Source: Enoplolaimus lenunculus (lineage: Eukaryota). From it: a stretch of 64,000 nucleotides of DNA. The stretch is taken from contig JASANG010002537.1 in NCBI GenBank assembly GCA_030248215.1, positions 248,001 to 312,000 on the forward strand, read 5' to 3'. Every line of letters starts with the position of its first letter. Positions within the stretch are counted from its first letter, which is position 1. Shown here in pieces: positions 1 through 13,500 of the stretch. A program made the translations under genes and the position numbers. The notes under the pieces were generated by a model that made no database searches, was not told the DNA's origin, and worked only from the letters and a program-made list of their open reading frames with translations.

Positions 1-1180
1 AGCATGTCTCACATGCTTACACTGACAATAAAACAAAAACAACATAAAAACAACATAAAAACACACATAATACCAATAAAACAAATTTTACGGTTGTGGT
101 CCCGAATAACATAAAACTGTTTTTTCTTTTTAGATTGTGGAAATAGGTACAACACATTGTGCTGCAGCAACTCCAGGCATGCAAAGAAGCAAATAATTTT
201 AAATCAGACCGCCGAAGGAGCGCTAAAAGTTTCCTCTCGCATAAGTGCGTAGGCAATGCCAATGATACACCCATTATTCAGTGTTCGATTTTTTCCACCA
301 AAACGCTTTTTTCCAGTTACTTGAGAAAAAATTGTAAAATTTTTACTGGATAGTGAATTCTGCTTCACACCAATAAAAATCAGCTATAAATTATCGAACA
401 ATACTAAGCTACTATAGTAAAAACTTACTAGATGTATATTTACCGCAAGAATACCGTGGTTAAATTAGCAGTTCTCGCATTTTCCGCGGTCTATCGCCCT
501 GTTTTTGAATTATACACAGAAATCCCAACTAGCTAAGAGACTTATTTGAAGTTACCTATGCGTACAAAGTATGTTATTGAAAGTATACGATAATAACAAA
601 CATTATAACAAGAATAACTTTTAAAGTGCACATATTTATAAAAAATGACCATCCTTTTAGGCGTCTCCGTCGTCTCTACGAGTCTCAACGAACTTTGTTT
701 ATACACTGCGTTAAATGTCAACACGTCATTGTCTGAACTTTAGACGTTGAAAATGGTCTTGGCGTCAATATTTGCTTGCTCTGAGATCATTATCAAAAAG
801 TGTTATTGTCACGAGACTACGTGTATGGCACTGAAATTTTCCTTGCCCCTCGGAAGGGACTCAAATTCGTGCAATGAGTGTTTACACGACTTGTTTGCAC
901 ACATTTCATAGAATTGTGAGTTTATAAATGTATACACGTGTAATTGACCCGATGAATGTCTCTAGTCTAAAGCAGGCCGTTATGAAAGTCCAGTGTATAC
1001 GCGTGTAATGAGACGAGCTTGAATGTGTATTTTGATGCTGTTGCCAGTTGGGTGGGTGGGATGTTTTTTACATCTGCGTTTTCATTCTTCTTCTCATTTG
1101 ACAGTGATATAAATACTGAAGCGGAAACTCAGTTATTTACAAAATGTTTATTTTTAAACTCTAAGTCAGTTGCACATATT

Positions 1181-1383
1181 GGCCCATGTTACTTTAAGGG
1201 GCGTCCAGGTTACTGGTGGGTCTATAAAAGAGTAATTTTAGATTCTAGATTACATTTTTTGCTTAGGCTTAAGCTTAGGCTTAGGCTTAAGCTTAGAAAC
1301 ACATTCTTGCAATGCTTTAGGCTTAGCCTTACGCTTAAGAATACGCTTAATCTACTGTTACGCCCCTTAAAGTAACATGGGCC
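1181..1383. mobile_element. GGCC-ended MITE containing TTAGGC repeats (Merlin-like)
   Basis: 24-bp TIR GGCCCATGTTACTTTAAGGGGCGT / ACGCCCCTTAAAGTAACATGGGCC with internal TTAGGC/TTAAGC units. Relatives at about 19098-19244, 24825-24940, 51741-51900 and 52224-52397. Confidence 0.8.
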
Positions 1384-1517
1384 GTGGCCCCCATATTAAT
1401 ACCTTCAATTTTGACAAAAGATCGACTTTTAAAGTCATTTTTTGCAACCCAGATAATAACACTTTTGGGCCACTTAGCTACGTATACTGCTTTTGAGTTG
1501 CTTGTGTGTTCGTTAAT

Positions 1518-4500
1518 ATGCAAGCTTATGACTTCAGAACAAGGAAAACTAATTTGCGGTAAGCCAAAGTAGGATCATTCGTACATTAAGCATGCCAACT
1601 TTTCGTTTAAACATTTCTCAAATATCATCAGTCGCACTAATTATGTATAATCTTTTAATTTCTCGGTTTCTGTGTTTAAGAGGTTGAAACGCCTGGGACG
1701 CAAAATTTGGTTGAGTCAAGAAAATTTTTAAGACTGTTAGCTTTGTCGTTTTCGTTATGGACCAAAGTTGTTGTATATACGGTATAGGCCTCTGAAGTGT
1801 TTGTGTTTCAGGAATCTAATTTGTACAGGTAATCAATACTCTGATGGTTTTAACTATCGTGCAAATTCTGTGCAGAGTGAAAGCGCCCCTTTGATGAACG
1901 CTGAACCTTCAACATACTCAAATAGGAATTTGGCGAAACGGCAATACTCGTAAGTTGTGTACTTTACTGCTTGCGTTTTGTTAATGCGCTTTCAAACACT
2001 TGCGTAATCTCGCAGCCTCTTCCACGTTTGATAGCTGTTGTTAATGTTTGCCCGTACCGTGTCTAACGGGACCCGGTTGGTGCCAGCCCCGGCCCCTGGA
2101 CAACCTTATAAAAATGTGTTTTTGAAAGAGTTTCTTGTGAAAGTAATCTGTGTTCGCAACCAGACGTATGCCTTCGGCTTTCACGCGCTGTTGACGGGGA
2201 TGACTGAAATGATCAAACGTGGTGAGAAAGGGAAAATTGGTCTCATTTGCAAATTTGGGAGTGACGTTTGTAGTACATGTTACGTAATAAACAATATAAC
2301 TAGTGCCTTTTCTGCACATATGCGACCTGATTTGTATAATTGAGTCTAATATCGTTGTTAACTTTTTCCTGACACAGACTACGCAGCAGGGTTCCAACAG
2401 GAAATAAATTCTGATTAATAACATTTTGCCGGAACAAGAGTCGGAATCTAAAATATAGATTTTATTGGTATAGTATGCAAACCTTGACAATCACCGGAAA
2501 TAAATCATCGAAGGTACATTTCGATTCCGTGTAGAAGGTACATTTGGATTCCGTGTATCTGGCTTCTCCACAGCGGGGGGGCAGCACTTTTCGAAATTTT
2601 CATTTTCCCCCGGCGAAAATTTTGCCGCCCGCAGGAAAGGCCCCCAACGGCGAATTTTCGGCTGCCCCCCAGCAAAATGCCCCCCCCCCCCCAGCAAATT
2701 TTTTTGCTGGGGGGCCCCAAGGACTTTTTAAGGCGAAAATTTTCAATGTTAAAACATAAAGACGGGCAAAATGTGATTTTATATTACGCTGAGTACTCAT
2801 AATTAACTAGTACAATTCAATAATGAACTGAAAAAAGCACAATTATATAAAGACCGTTTCAGGGCATACAGCATTCGAAAGTACCTTGCAGCAACAAGTT
2901 CAACCCGCATGAGCCTTATGATAAACTGAAGCTGTGACTAATATATAAAATATATGTTAATCACAGTTTCAATTATAGATTATCTATATTTTATATAATT
3001 GTGCTTCTTTCAACTTCTGGTAAAGTTGTCAGTAATATTAGTTAAAATTATTGTTATTAGCGTTTGCGGGGAATTTTTGTCATGTTGAGCGATGAGTTAT
3101 CTTCAGTTGAGTTGGAAACACGATCTAGAATAAAAAAATGGTCCAAAAAGTTGGCTTGCAAAATTTTAAGCCTGCCCCCCCCAAGACCCTCCAGATCATC
3201 TGGGGGGGCCCAGGAAAACTGCCCCCCAGCAAAATTAGCTGCCCCCCAGGAAACTTCTGCGGGCCCCCCCAGGAAACGCCCCCCGGCGGAAATTTTCAAG
3301 CTGTGGAGAAGCCAGTGTATTATGAAAATCTAAGATGCAGCAGATAAAATGAATATATACCTATGTCCAAGTTGTGTTAGTTCATGAATAATAATGCAAA
3401 GAAGAGAATTAAAATAAATTTTTCGGTGGCATGTGTTTTTATTATCTTTTACCGGTTTCGTTTGTGTTAAATTTTAATTCCGATTGCACCTGGTTCACAT
3501 GTATAGAAAGTGAGATAAATCGCTTGAAATGTCTGCGGGACATACGACGCTGTTTTCGAAATCATAGAGCTGATATTTGAACCGCACGGTTTGAATTAAT
3601 TTTGATTGACAACGAACCGGATATTAATTTTAAGGGATACCGGAGCCGGATAGTGGATTTTGTACCGGAGCCGGATGTTAACCGGATATAGGATCTAAAT
3701 TTGTACACTGTTGGAAGTATTTGAGTCGTGCAAAAATACGTAATTGTGGGATAAAGATTAATTTTTGGTTTGGATTTTTCATTCCATGTTAGTTTCCATT
3801 CATGAATTGCTCGGAATTGCAGTCGCTTCAAAATATCTAGTTATTTTATTTGGAACCACAAATATCCGGCATCCGGTAGGTTTTTACTAGGGATGTGCCG
3901 ATACCAAAATTTTTGCCGATACCGATGCCGATTCTAATTTTGCCGATGCCGGACCGATGCCGATTCCTACTTTAGTACACCATGCTTAATAAACAGATAT
4001 AAACGATTATATATAATTTTAAAAGAACGGTTAATTTCAATTAATAGAGAGATAACATGCACCCAGAAATGAAATTAATAACATTCTAACTGACTTATGT
4101 GCAAAAAGTATCGGCAACTTTTTTGCAGTGTCGACGCCGATACTCACGAAAAGTACCGATTATCATCGATGCCGATTAATCGGCACATCCCTAAGCCACG
4201 AAGTTCGACTAAAATTTTGCAACTAAAATTTTTTAATGTTTAAATAATCTAGCACAACACGTAAAACTGGGAGTCTTGTGTTCTGCGCTATCGGTACCGA
4301 AATATATTTTTTGACTATCGGTACCGAAATATATTTTTTGAAGGAATTGTGGTGGAACTGGAATTTTGGTGGAACCCTTGTACGTAGGTCTGTATGATTT
4401 TCGACCATGGTTTGGTTTTATTTTAATATAAAGTTCATGCGTTGTTTCATGTTTCAGGTCCGCGCGCCGTTTACGCGAAAATTTCCATGATGAGCTTTGA

Positions 4501-7500
4501 AATGTTGGCAAAAACGGAATTCACACAGTGCTTGTTTGCATGCAATTGGGTTAAAACCATTATCATACACATTGTTTGTAAACAACATGCACAGTGAATA
4601 ATTTTTTTCCGAAAATACAGAACGTAAAATTGCTGCGGTTTTGCGTTTAAACGGCGTGCAGATAGGCAAAGCGTGTTTTGCCTTTTATATATTATATATA
4701 CGTACATCTAATATTTTGTATGCCTACCAGGGATAGGCGGTCTCGGTCAAAAAAGCGAGACCTAGACTGAGACTTTATGTCTCGGTCTCGGACAATTTTG
4801 AACCGTTACCGAAAAAGAAGTAAGATTTTTTACCAAAACTTTTGAATATCAGAGCTATAGTGTTGTTTTTGCTCCTGGGCAAACCGAATATACTGAAAAA
4901 CTTTTTACATAGCGTGGCATCATAAATGCGGATGACCCATACGTAATTCTTTACACGATGCCTTTAATGATTTAAACGCACACGTGAAAATGCAACTATT
5001 TGTGTTATGCCACAATAAAATCAAAGTGTTTTGGGGTTTTGGGTTTCCTTTCAAAAATAAAATTTTGGGTAATCGGAGGGGTCATTCTGTTCCTTCAATC
5101 GCTGTATAGCCAGGTAGCGGTGTTCCACAGTCGTTTGCTGTCTGTGTTGGTAGGCGAAATGCCCAGATACTTCCGGGCCAAAGTTGCTATCTAAGGAAAA
5201 TTTTTGTGACTGCTTATCGCTTTTTTACCTCATTGATCCCGGTTTGCAAAGTACCGAGACTGAAGAAGGCGACACCGAGACCGAGACCAGCCAAATCCCG
5301 AGACTTGCCGAGATCGAGACCGCCCGTCCCTGAATTGCCTGCAACAACTTGTGATGGCAACTGCAATAACAGTTGAAAGTAGTATTTCCTCAGCATTATT
5401 CTAAAAATGAGATCTTCAAAAAATCGGAATAGGAACAGGATATTTATACATGAATCGGATCTGTGAATGTTCAGAGCATATTAGGATGCTATGATAATTT
5501 CCGTGCCATTATTCGAAATGTGAGCTGAGACAGCGAGAACTTTTATATGCACCTTTGTTATGAAACTTAACGGTACCGCAGACAAATTTCGTTCATAATA
5601 ATTGGTGTAATACAGGCTTTAAACTATGTAAAGTTACGAATCCGAGTATACATACCTGCAACCTTAATCAGACTCTTCTGAACTGCCGGATTTCAGTCGA
5701 AATTTTAATCGGAATCCTAATTCAGGTTGCACTCTGAAACAGAAATAATTTGTGTTTCATATAAACAAAACTTGAACAGCCACAACAGTGACTTATTTTG
5801 AAACTCTATCCCGACTTGGTCCCATATAACATACCTATGCCAGGGCAGCACCAATCCAGCTTCATTTGGTACTGGTTAGTGTTACGTAGCTGATGTAAAC
5901 GTACACGTATATATATATTATATTTATATGTATGTATATATATAAATACACGTATTTTGTTTTTAGATTTATATTACAAAAAGGTAATAAGCGTAGTCGT
6001 GTTGTAATGGGTGTCGGTTCGCCTTTGGCATCAATTCTGGACCAGGCATCTAGCTCTGTGGGGTCCGTTAATGTTGCCTTTGGGGCTAATCAAACGGCTA
6101 CACTAAACGAAATGGTGGCAAGAGCTCATGCCGGCGGTAAGTATACGTATATTTCTGTGGATCAAACCATCGTATGAGTTTGTTTCAGAGTATTGAGTGG
6201 GGATGTAGGCTGAACTACCATTTTTATAATCTTAAATTATTGGTAACAAATGTATGTCCCTTTTGTTCTTATGAAGCAGATACAGGGACTCACTTCCTCT
6301 TAAGATGTGAGAAATATGCAGTTTTTCGGGGAAAAGTCTTTGGGAAGATCAAACTCTCGAACATACGTAAGCAATTAAGGTAATATGCAAATTAGTTATT
6401 AGCTAACTATTTATTGGTTTTGGAGGCTTGTAAGCAATTTACTTAGATTGCTCGCCCCCAAAAACCCTTCAGTCACCCTAATAATTAGTGAAATATTGCA
6501 AAAAGTCCTAATTTTGTCTTGTCAATTAAACTAATATGCAAATTAGCTACGTATTAGCTAACTATTCAATTATCGGTTTTGAAGGTTTGTAGCCGAATTC
6601 ATAAACCACAAACGCATATTCTGACCTAATAATCAGTGAAATTGATTTTAAAAGTCCTAGTTTAGGCTTATCAACTATGCTAATAAGCAAATTAGCTATT
6701 AGTTAACTATTCAATTATAGGCTTTGGAGGTTTGTAAAGAATTTATTCAGATTACTCGCTCCCAAAAACTTTTTAATGCTGAATTTAGATTGCTTGTAAC
6801 CCTAATAATTAGTGAAACATCACAAAAACGCCTAATTTAGGCTTATCAATTATCCTTATATGCAAATTATCTATTAGCGCTAACTACTCAATTATATATC
6901 GATTTTAGAGGTTTTTAAAAAATTTATTCAGATTACTCGCACCCCAAAACTTTCAGTAACCCTAATGTATAATTATTGGAATAATTTAAAAAGTCTTAAT
7001 TTTGTCTTGAATATTAAGCTAATATTCAAATTAGCTATTAGCTAACTATTAAATTATCGGTTTTGGCGGTTTGTAAAGAATTTATACAAATTCCTCGCGC
7101 CAAAAAACCCTTTAGTGTTGAAGTTTGATTGCTTTGAACCTTAATAATTACTGAAAGATTGTAAAAAGTCCTGATTTACGTTTATAAACTATGCTAATAT
7201 GCAAATTATCTACTAGTTAACTACTCAATTATTGGTTTTGGGCTTTGTAAACAGTTTATTTACATTCCTCGTACCCAAAAACCCTTTAATGTTAAAATTA
7301 ATTTTGAAATTCGTTTGCTTGTAACTAATAATTATGTAGTGAAATAATGTAGAAAGTCTTAATTGATACTTAGCTAATTATACAAATTAGCCTGTAGCTA
7401 ATAAACGTCTTAAAATTTTAAAACCACAATGCGAGGTTAACATCCCAGGGTAATTGGCTTTCATATAAAAAAAGTTTGTCAAAATCGGTTCATCCGTTCC

Positions 7501-10500
7501 TGAGATTCTTTTCGGACGGACGAACGGACATCCACCTTTCGACCCCAGGCTACAAAATATAAAACGCTTCGCGAAACTCCGAGCTTCGCTCAATGAGAGA
7601 TGGCAGAGTAATGGGCTTTCCAAAGTCTGCATACTATATTATGTCATCTTTGTCTATTTGTTTGCTAAATTAAATTAAGGTTATCTTAGATTTTTCGTTC
7701 TATTTCAGTTAGTTAAGACTTTGAATACGTGCCACCAGGAGTCCAAACGTTTTTTCGGCGCTGGCAAATCGTTATTCGAATCCGGGTTATTGCTGAAAAG
7801 TAAAACAAACATTTGTAGACATCTAAACCAGCGTGGTTAAGTTTTACTTTTTGTCGAAATATGCGCTTAAATAATCCGGCTCCGTTACCAATCGGTGCAA
7901 ATATTGAGGTTTCGAAATATTCTTCTCGGGTGTTTTTTGTCTTTTGCTGTACAGTCACCTTTTGTCCAATTACAGAAATTTCGCTTGCAACATTCAAACC
8001 AGTGGTGGGCCGTCGGGCTAAAGCTGTAAAGTGTCACAAATTGAATGAGCAGGTGAGAACATACGCGTGTATGTCATGTATGTATACGTATATGGCTTAT
8101 TTCGATTAATTGAACAATTGCCCCGCCTGATGCAGAGTGACGACTAACCAGGGTGGCAGCAAAGGTTCGGATTCGGTTGTGGAAAAGCCGAATCCAACAA
8201 AGTTCGGCAATATGTTTTTTCATTTTTAAGCAATAAAATTTTTAAATACCTTGCTATAAAAATCAATATTTTTTATTTCAGGTGAGAAATCTCAGAACTG
8301 ACGTCGGGACGAAATATATTAACGTATTAAAAGTTAAACGGCTGGCATTGCGTTGATATTCTGAAACAAATTATAGATATATCTGAAAATACAACATGCA
8401 GGATTCGGTTTCGGATTCGGCAAATTAGCACTGGATTCGGATTCGGTCAAATCTTGGATTCGGTGCTACCCTGCGACTAACCAATGATTTCACAGATAGT
8501 AAATTTAACCCCATTGTGGCTTTGCCGAGTTCAAACCTCCAAGTTTTGCTGAGCTTGAAAGTTGAAACCCAATGACAACATTCTGTTACCACCGTGCAGT
8601 GACAAGATGCGTGAATCTTGAAACCAATCGGGCAACAATTTGCTACTTTGTGTGACAATTAATCAATACTTTTTCGGGGATAAAGTAATGACAGACGTGA
8701 ACGTTGCTATTGATATAGGAATCTTCCAATCGTCGCGAGCTAGAAAGTTTTAGTGCTAACATTATGGTATTTTAATTTTATTTTTATAACATTTTACCGA
8801 TTTTCATTCTTTGGGTACGCTTTCATTGGAACCTCCTATATTGGTTACGCCAGTAGGTCTGCTAGACTGACTCCGGCAACTGGCTGATTACCGGGAACGA
8901 AAATATTAACAACACCGAAACAGCAAATACTGATATACAAAGATCTTCTCGTTTGTCACTTATTCTTTTCATTACAATGATAATAATCGTTCTGTGTATA
9001 TACATAACTTACAATTATGTTTTAGGCGTATGGCTCGAATCAGGCTCAACCATGTGGTTGGGATGACACTTCTCGTATTGATGCTGCAAAATCGCGTTTA
9101 CAGTTGTTGAAAGGGTCCCAACAAACTACGCCGACGGTAGATGATAGCTTGCCGTTACAAACGCGAATGCTTACGGGTATGTCAGCATCACAACGCTTAA
9201 TTGTATTTTAGTGTTTTCCGCATTATTCTTGATGTACCTAGTTTTCGTAGGATACTAGTTTTCAAGACATCAAAGTTTCGTCTGTAGGCACAGCGTCATT
9301 TGTTTGACATGATGATAATAGCGGTTGTCTTCTTTCCCCAACGTATTCTTTCCTGCCGATTGCTATTATTCTGATCAAACGAAGGCAATCCCGAACCATA
9401 TATGAGTGAAATCTTTCACATGTTGTATCAGCAAAGACCAACAAAACGGACATCGCGGGGAGAGAATAAAATTTTCTAAAAAATATTACTGCTCATAACA
9501 GTTATAAGCAGACGTCTCGCGGACGCGTTCTCATAGCAAACCTCTTTAAAACTTTGTGCTGATGATCCCTTTATGTTGAAGCGACGCAATTTTCTAATTA
9601 CACTCCATTTAATATGAGTTGTACTATAAACGTTTACAGTTGTAACTAAAGGTAATCAGGTTTCATATCGCGGAATAAATGGTCATTCAGTAGGGTTAGC
9701 AAAACATTGATCGTTAACGATATTACTGCCGGACCACTTTTTTAGTTGGTACATAAGGCTATGTTTTATATGGGTAGGCCTAAGATAAATAGAAGATAAT
9801 AGCGTTACGTCTTTGACTCGCATATTAATGCGATGGTTTTTTAGATAATGCCGTTGAAAAGTACAAACTTATTACGACGTATTCTTTCACGAATTTGATG
9901 TCCTTAATATTAAACCAGTAGCTTGTACAAAACAGGGGAATTAGCAAACTTTTCGGTAGCCTTACAAACCGGATATTTGGTTGCTTTTTTGTGTGCTGTA
10001 TATTGCTCTTTCCGTGCATTTTTTTCTATCACCAGTAGGTTTATTTGCGATTTCAGACAGTTGTTTTTCATGCAGTAGCAAGCAATCGCGTGGTCATGTT
10101 GATGAGACAACTTATGACAATTCCAGCTTGGAACAGAGACCAGAATGTAGTCGCTGGAGCGGTATGTCGGATGAAGGATCAGCACATTTATTGTCTCCAG
10201 GGTGCAACTGGAATTACAATTTACCGGAACCGAAATTTGAAAAAAATTACCGGATACGGAACCGGAAAATGAGAAGCATATGAAACCGCAAAATTCATTG
10301 TAATTTTTTGCAATATCGATTAAATAACCTAGTTGCAGATAGGATGCAAATCTACTTTCTATGGTTTATTTTCCGCGATGGTCAAGGTTTATATGTTATA
10401 CTAATGAGATTATTTAATTTTTATCGTCCACCGACCAAAACTTTATACCGGAATTCCGGTTGCCCCGTGATGATTGTCTCTAGCATTATGCAGTGACAAC

Positions 10501-13500
10501 TAATACTTACTTATCTAGACAGCAGGGTGCACAGCGTAACTGAATTATATCGGAATCAGAACTACGGATAATTTGTCATTAACGAATATAACATTGATTT
10601 AATATGTCTGTAGGAAAGAAACCAGTGTGCAAAGCTGAATTGGATTATATCGGAATCGGAACAACAAATTTATACCGGAATCGGAACTAAAAAATTTGTT
10701 ACGATACGCATGATTTCTATTAATAAGTAATATTGATTAAGTGTGTTTGTTGACTGGCAACAATTCCCAAAAAACGTCACATGAATAAATTTGCAATCAT
10801 TTTTTGGTTCTGTAAAGCTAAACTACTATCAGTTATTGATAAGTTAACTCATCGAAAACAATTTAATAGATAAATAATGCAGAATTTTTATGCAACATAT
10901 CACAATAATTAGGCCTAAAATTAAAATGTCAAAATTCCGATTCCGCTTTATTTTACAATCGGAATCGGAACTCGTTTTGAATCAGAATTCTAATCGGAAT
11001 TCCGGTTTTGAAACAATTTCGAAAACGTCGTATGATCAAATTGGCGATGCTTTTTTGGTTCTGTAAAGCTAAACATTAATCAATTATCGTTATTAAACAA
11101 ATGAATGATACAGAATTTTTATGCAACATATAACGGTAGGATTATAATTAGGGATGTGTCGATTAATCGGCATCGGCTTCGGTAATAATCGGCATTTTTT
11201 GTGAGTATCGGCGTCGGCACTGCAAAAAAACTGCCGATTCTTTGCCGATACTTTTTGCACATTTCATTTTTGGGTGCATATCAGTGTGTCAGGTCAGGAA
11301 AACTGCTATCTCTCGCGTTTGTGCTTGAAAAAAGTAACTGAAACGAACCGTTCTTATAAAATTGTAATCGTTTATGGTGGTTAGGGTTTAAATATTCATA
11401 TAATGATGCAATGTAGTGATGTACTAAAGTTGGAACCGGTATCGATTCGGCATCGACAAAATTTCAAAGTAAGAATCGGCATCGGCAAAAATTTTGGTAT
11501 CGGGCACATCCCTAACTATAATTAAAATTTTAAATCAGAATCGGCATTGGAACTCTATCGGAATTAGAATTCATGTTGCATTATGGTAAACAGACATCTG
11601 ACATAAATATTGTCACATAGAAAATCGCTTAATATCGAAGCCAACAACGACTTCAATTATCTAATTTCGTTGGATGGTCAAATTTAGCGAAAAACTAATT
11701 ACTACTTTGTAAACGGTCTCGTGTGCATATATACATTAAGGGCAACGTTGCCTCTATGTGCATAATGCATGCGGATCACCAACGAAGTATACAGTGATCC
11801 GTTGGTTGGCATTTGACAATGACATGGTTAATTAGTCACCGGAGAGGATTTTTTTGCCATATCCGTTGTTAATAAGTTGCAAAATTGTCCGGTTCCGTGT
11901 ATTTAGACAAATTTTCAGGTCCGAATCCTTATCCGGGTTTTTTAAATTTCTGTTCCGAGGATTAGTTTTCATATAGAATTCGGCTTCAAATTGTTAACGC
12001 GCCATGCACAATAAATTTGTCAATCATGGCTAACCCTCTAAGTTTTAAAATTTAAGAATCTGTAACTCGGTAGGTGTGTGTTTGCGTGTTAAATTGCGCT
12101 GTGTGCGTTTGTATTGTGTCTGTGTATCTATTGCAGGTGGCTAAATTGGGCTATAAGAGATTTTGTGGTACTGTTGTCAAAAATTGTGAACGGTGCATAA
12201 TATCGGTATCGGTTGTTAAAAAATCAGCACTGGCAGTATATAACAAATTACTTTGTAATTTCATTTCAGAAGGCACTGTCAATGCAGGGAAAGCAGCGCC
12301 TGTTAGATGTACGGCGCTTAATGGTGATCAACAGTCTCTGGGGAACTCTTTATTTCCAGGTAAAACTTAATTGATTTTTGTTTTCGTTACGGTCAGCAGA
12401 CTACGATGCGGTGTGCAAACGAAATTTCGATTTGAATTGCTCCTTTAGCCTAAGGTCAGCTCTATATATTTAGGATTTTAATTCAATTTCTAATTTTAAT
12501 TATAGTGGTCATTTTACTTAATTTTTCGTAAACTGCAGTATGTCTTCGAATCTGCTATGGAAATTTATCAGCTAGCGTCAGATTTTTGTAGTTATTTGAA
12601 CTCTGTAAATTTTAGCTCGCATCCGCAAGCATACCAGAGAGTGTGACGACGAGTAAGTTTTCTTCGTTTATAATAGGGTATAAATAAAGTATTGAGTTTA
12701 GCTGGTATAATATTGTGGAGATTAGTAATGGGCAACGGATATTTTTTTATATCTGGGTAGTTATCCGGATATCAGAATTTAAATTTTCTACTTTAGGTAA
12801 GGAGTAAATACCTTAGCGTTCTATAGTGGAGACAGCAGGGTTGAACCGGAGTTCAATAATAATTGACGACCCGCTATCTCTGTTGCTTACTTGATTTGTT
12901 TCTAGAGTTGCTTCCTATATGGCAACCGAATTACCAAGGTTGCATAATTCAATTGTTTTGCTTCAAAGCGATTTGGATTGCTTGGCTGAAAACAACTATC
13001 TTACGGATGTTGTGGTCGATTTCTATATGAGGTAAGTATATAACCTAGCTAAACAGAACTAATTAAAATTGTACATATAAGAAAAATATGTATGTGAATT
13101 CAGACTTCGGAGAAATGCGATTGATCTATTTCAAAACTTAATTCTCCCAAAAACTGTAAAGTCGAAAACTCAGTGTTTGAACAAATTCTGAATAATGTAA
13201 AGATATTCCGCAATTACTTATTGAGCGAAGCGTTTTATGTTTTGTACTCGGGGGTCGAAAGGTGGATGTCTGCCCGTCCGAAATTAATCTCAGGAACCGC
13301 GAGACCGATTTGAAAGCTTTGGGTACGGGAAATCTGCATAAATTGTTTACAACACTCTGAACTTGATAACGAAATAGTTAGCTAATTGCTAATTTGAATA
13401 TTAGCATAATTAATAAGCCTAAATTATTACTATTTTTACAATATTTCACTAATTATTAGGGTTACAAGCAATCTAAATTCAGCATTAAAAGCCTAAACTA

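Noticed and set aside
542..1120. Divergent minus-strand gene upstream of SENP
   Set aside because: Acceptor-like sites exist, but the frames contain stops and no consistent exon chain could be built.
1261..1330. Chromosome end or true telomere
   Set aside because: Short degenerate TTAGGC units enclosed by TIRs, so interstitial and MITE-borne.
2041..2490. 149-aa minus-strand ORF in SENP intron 2
   Set aside because: No domain similarity, non-ATG start and no splice support.
2491..3347. Cluster of overlapping Pro/Gly-rich ORFs
   Set aside because: Artefacts of G/C tracts in a TIR element within a SENP intron.
9559..9600. Second C/D snoRNA or hammerhead ribozyme at CTGATGA
   Set aside because: No matching D box or terminal stem, and no correctly placed GAAA core with flanking helices.
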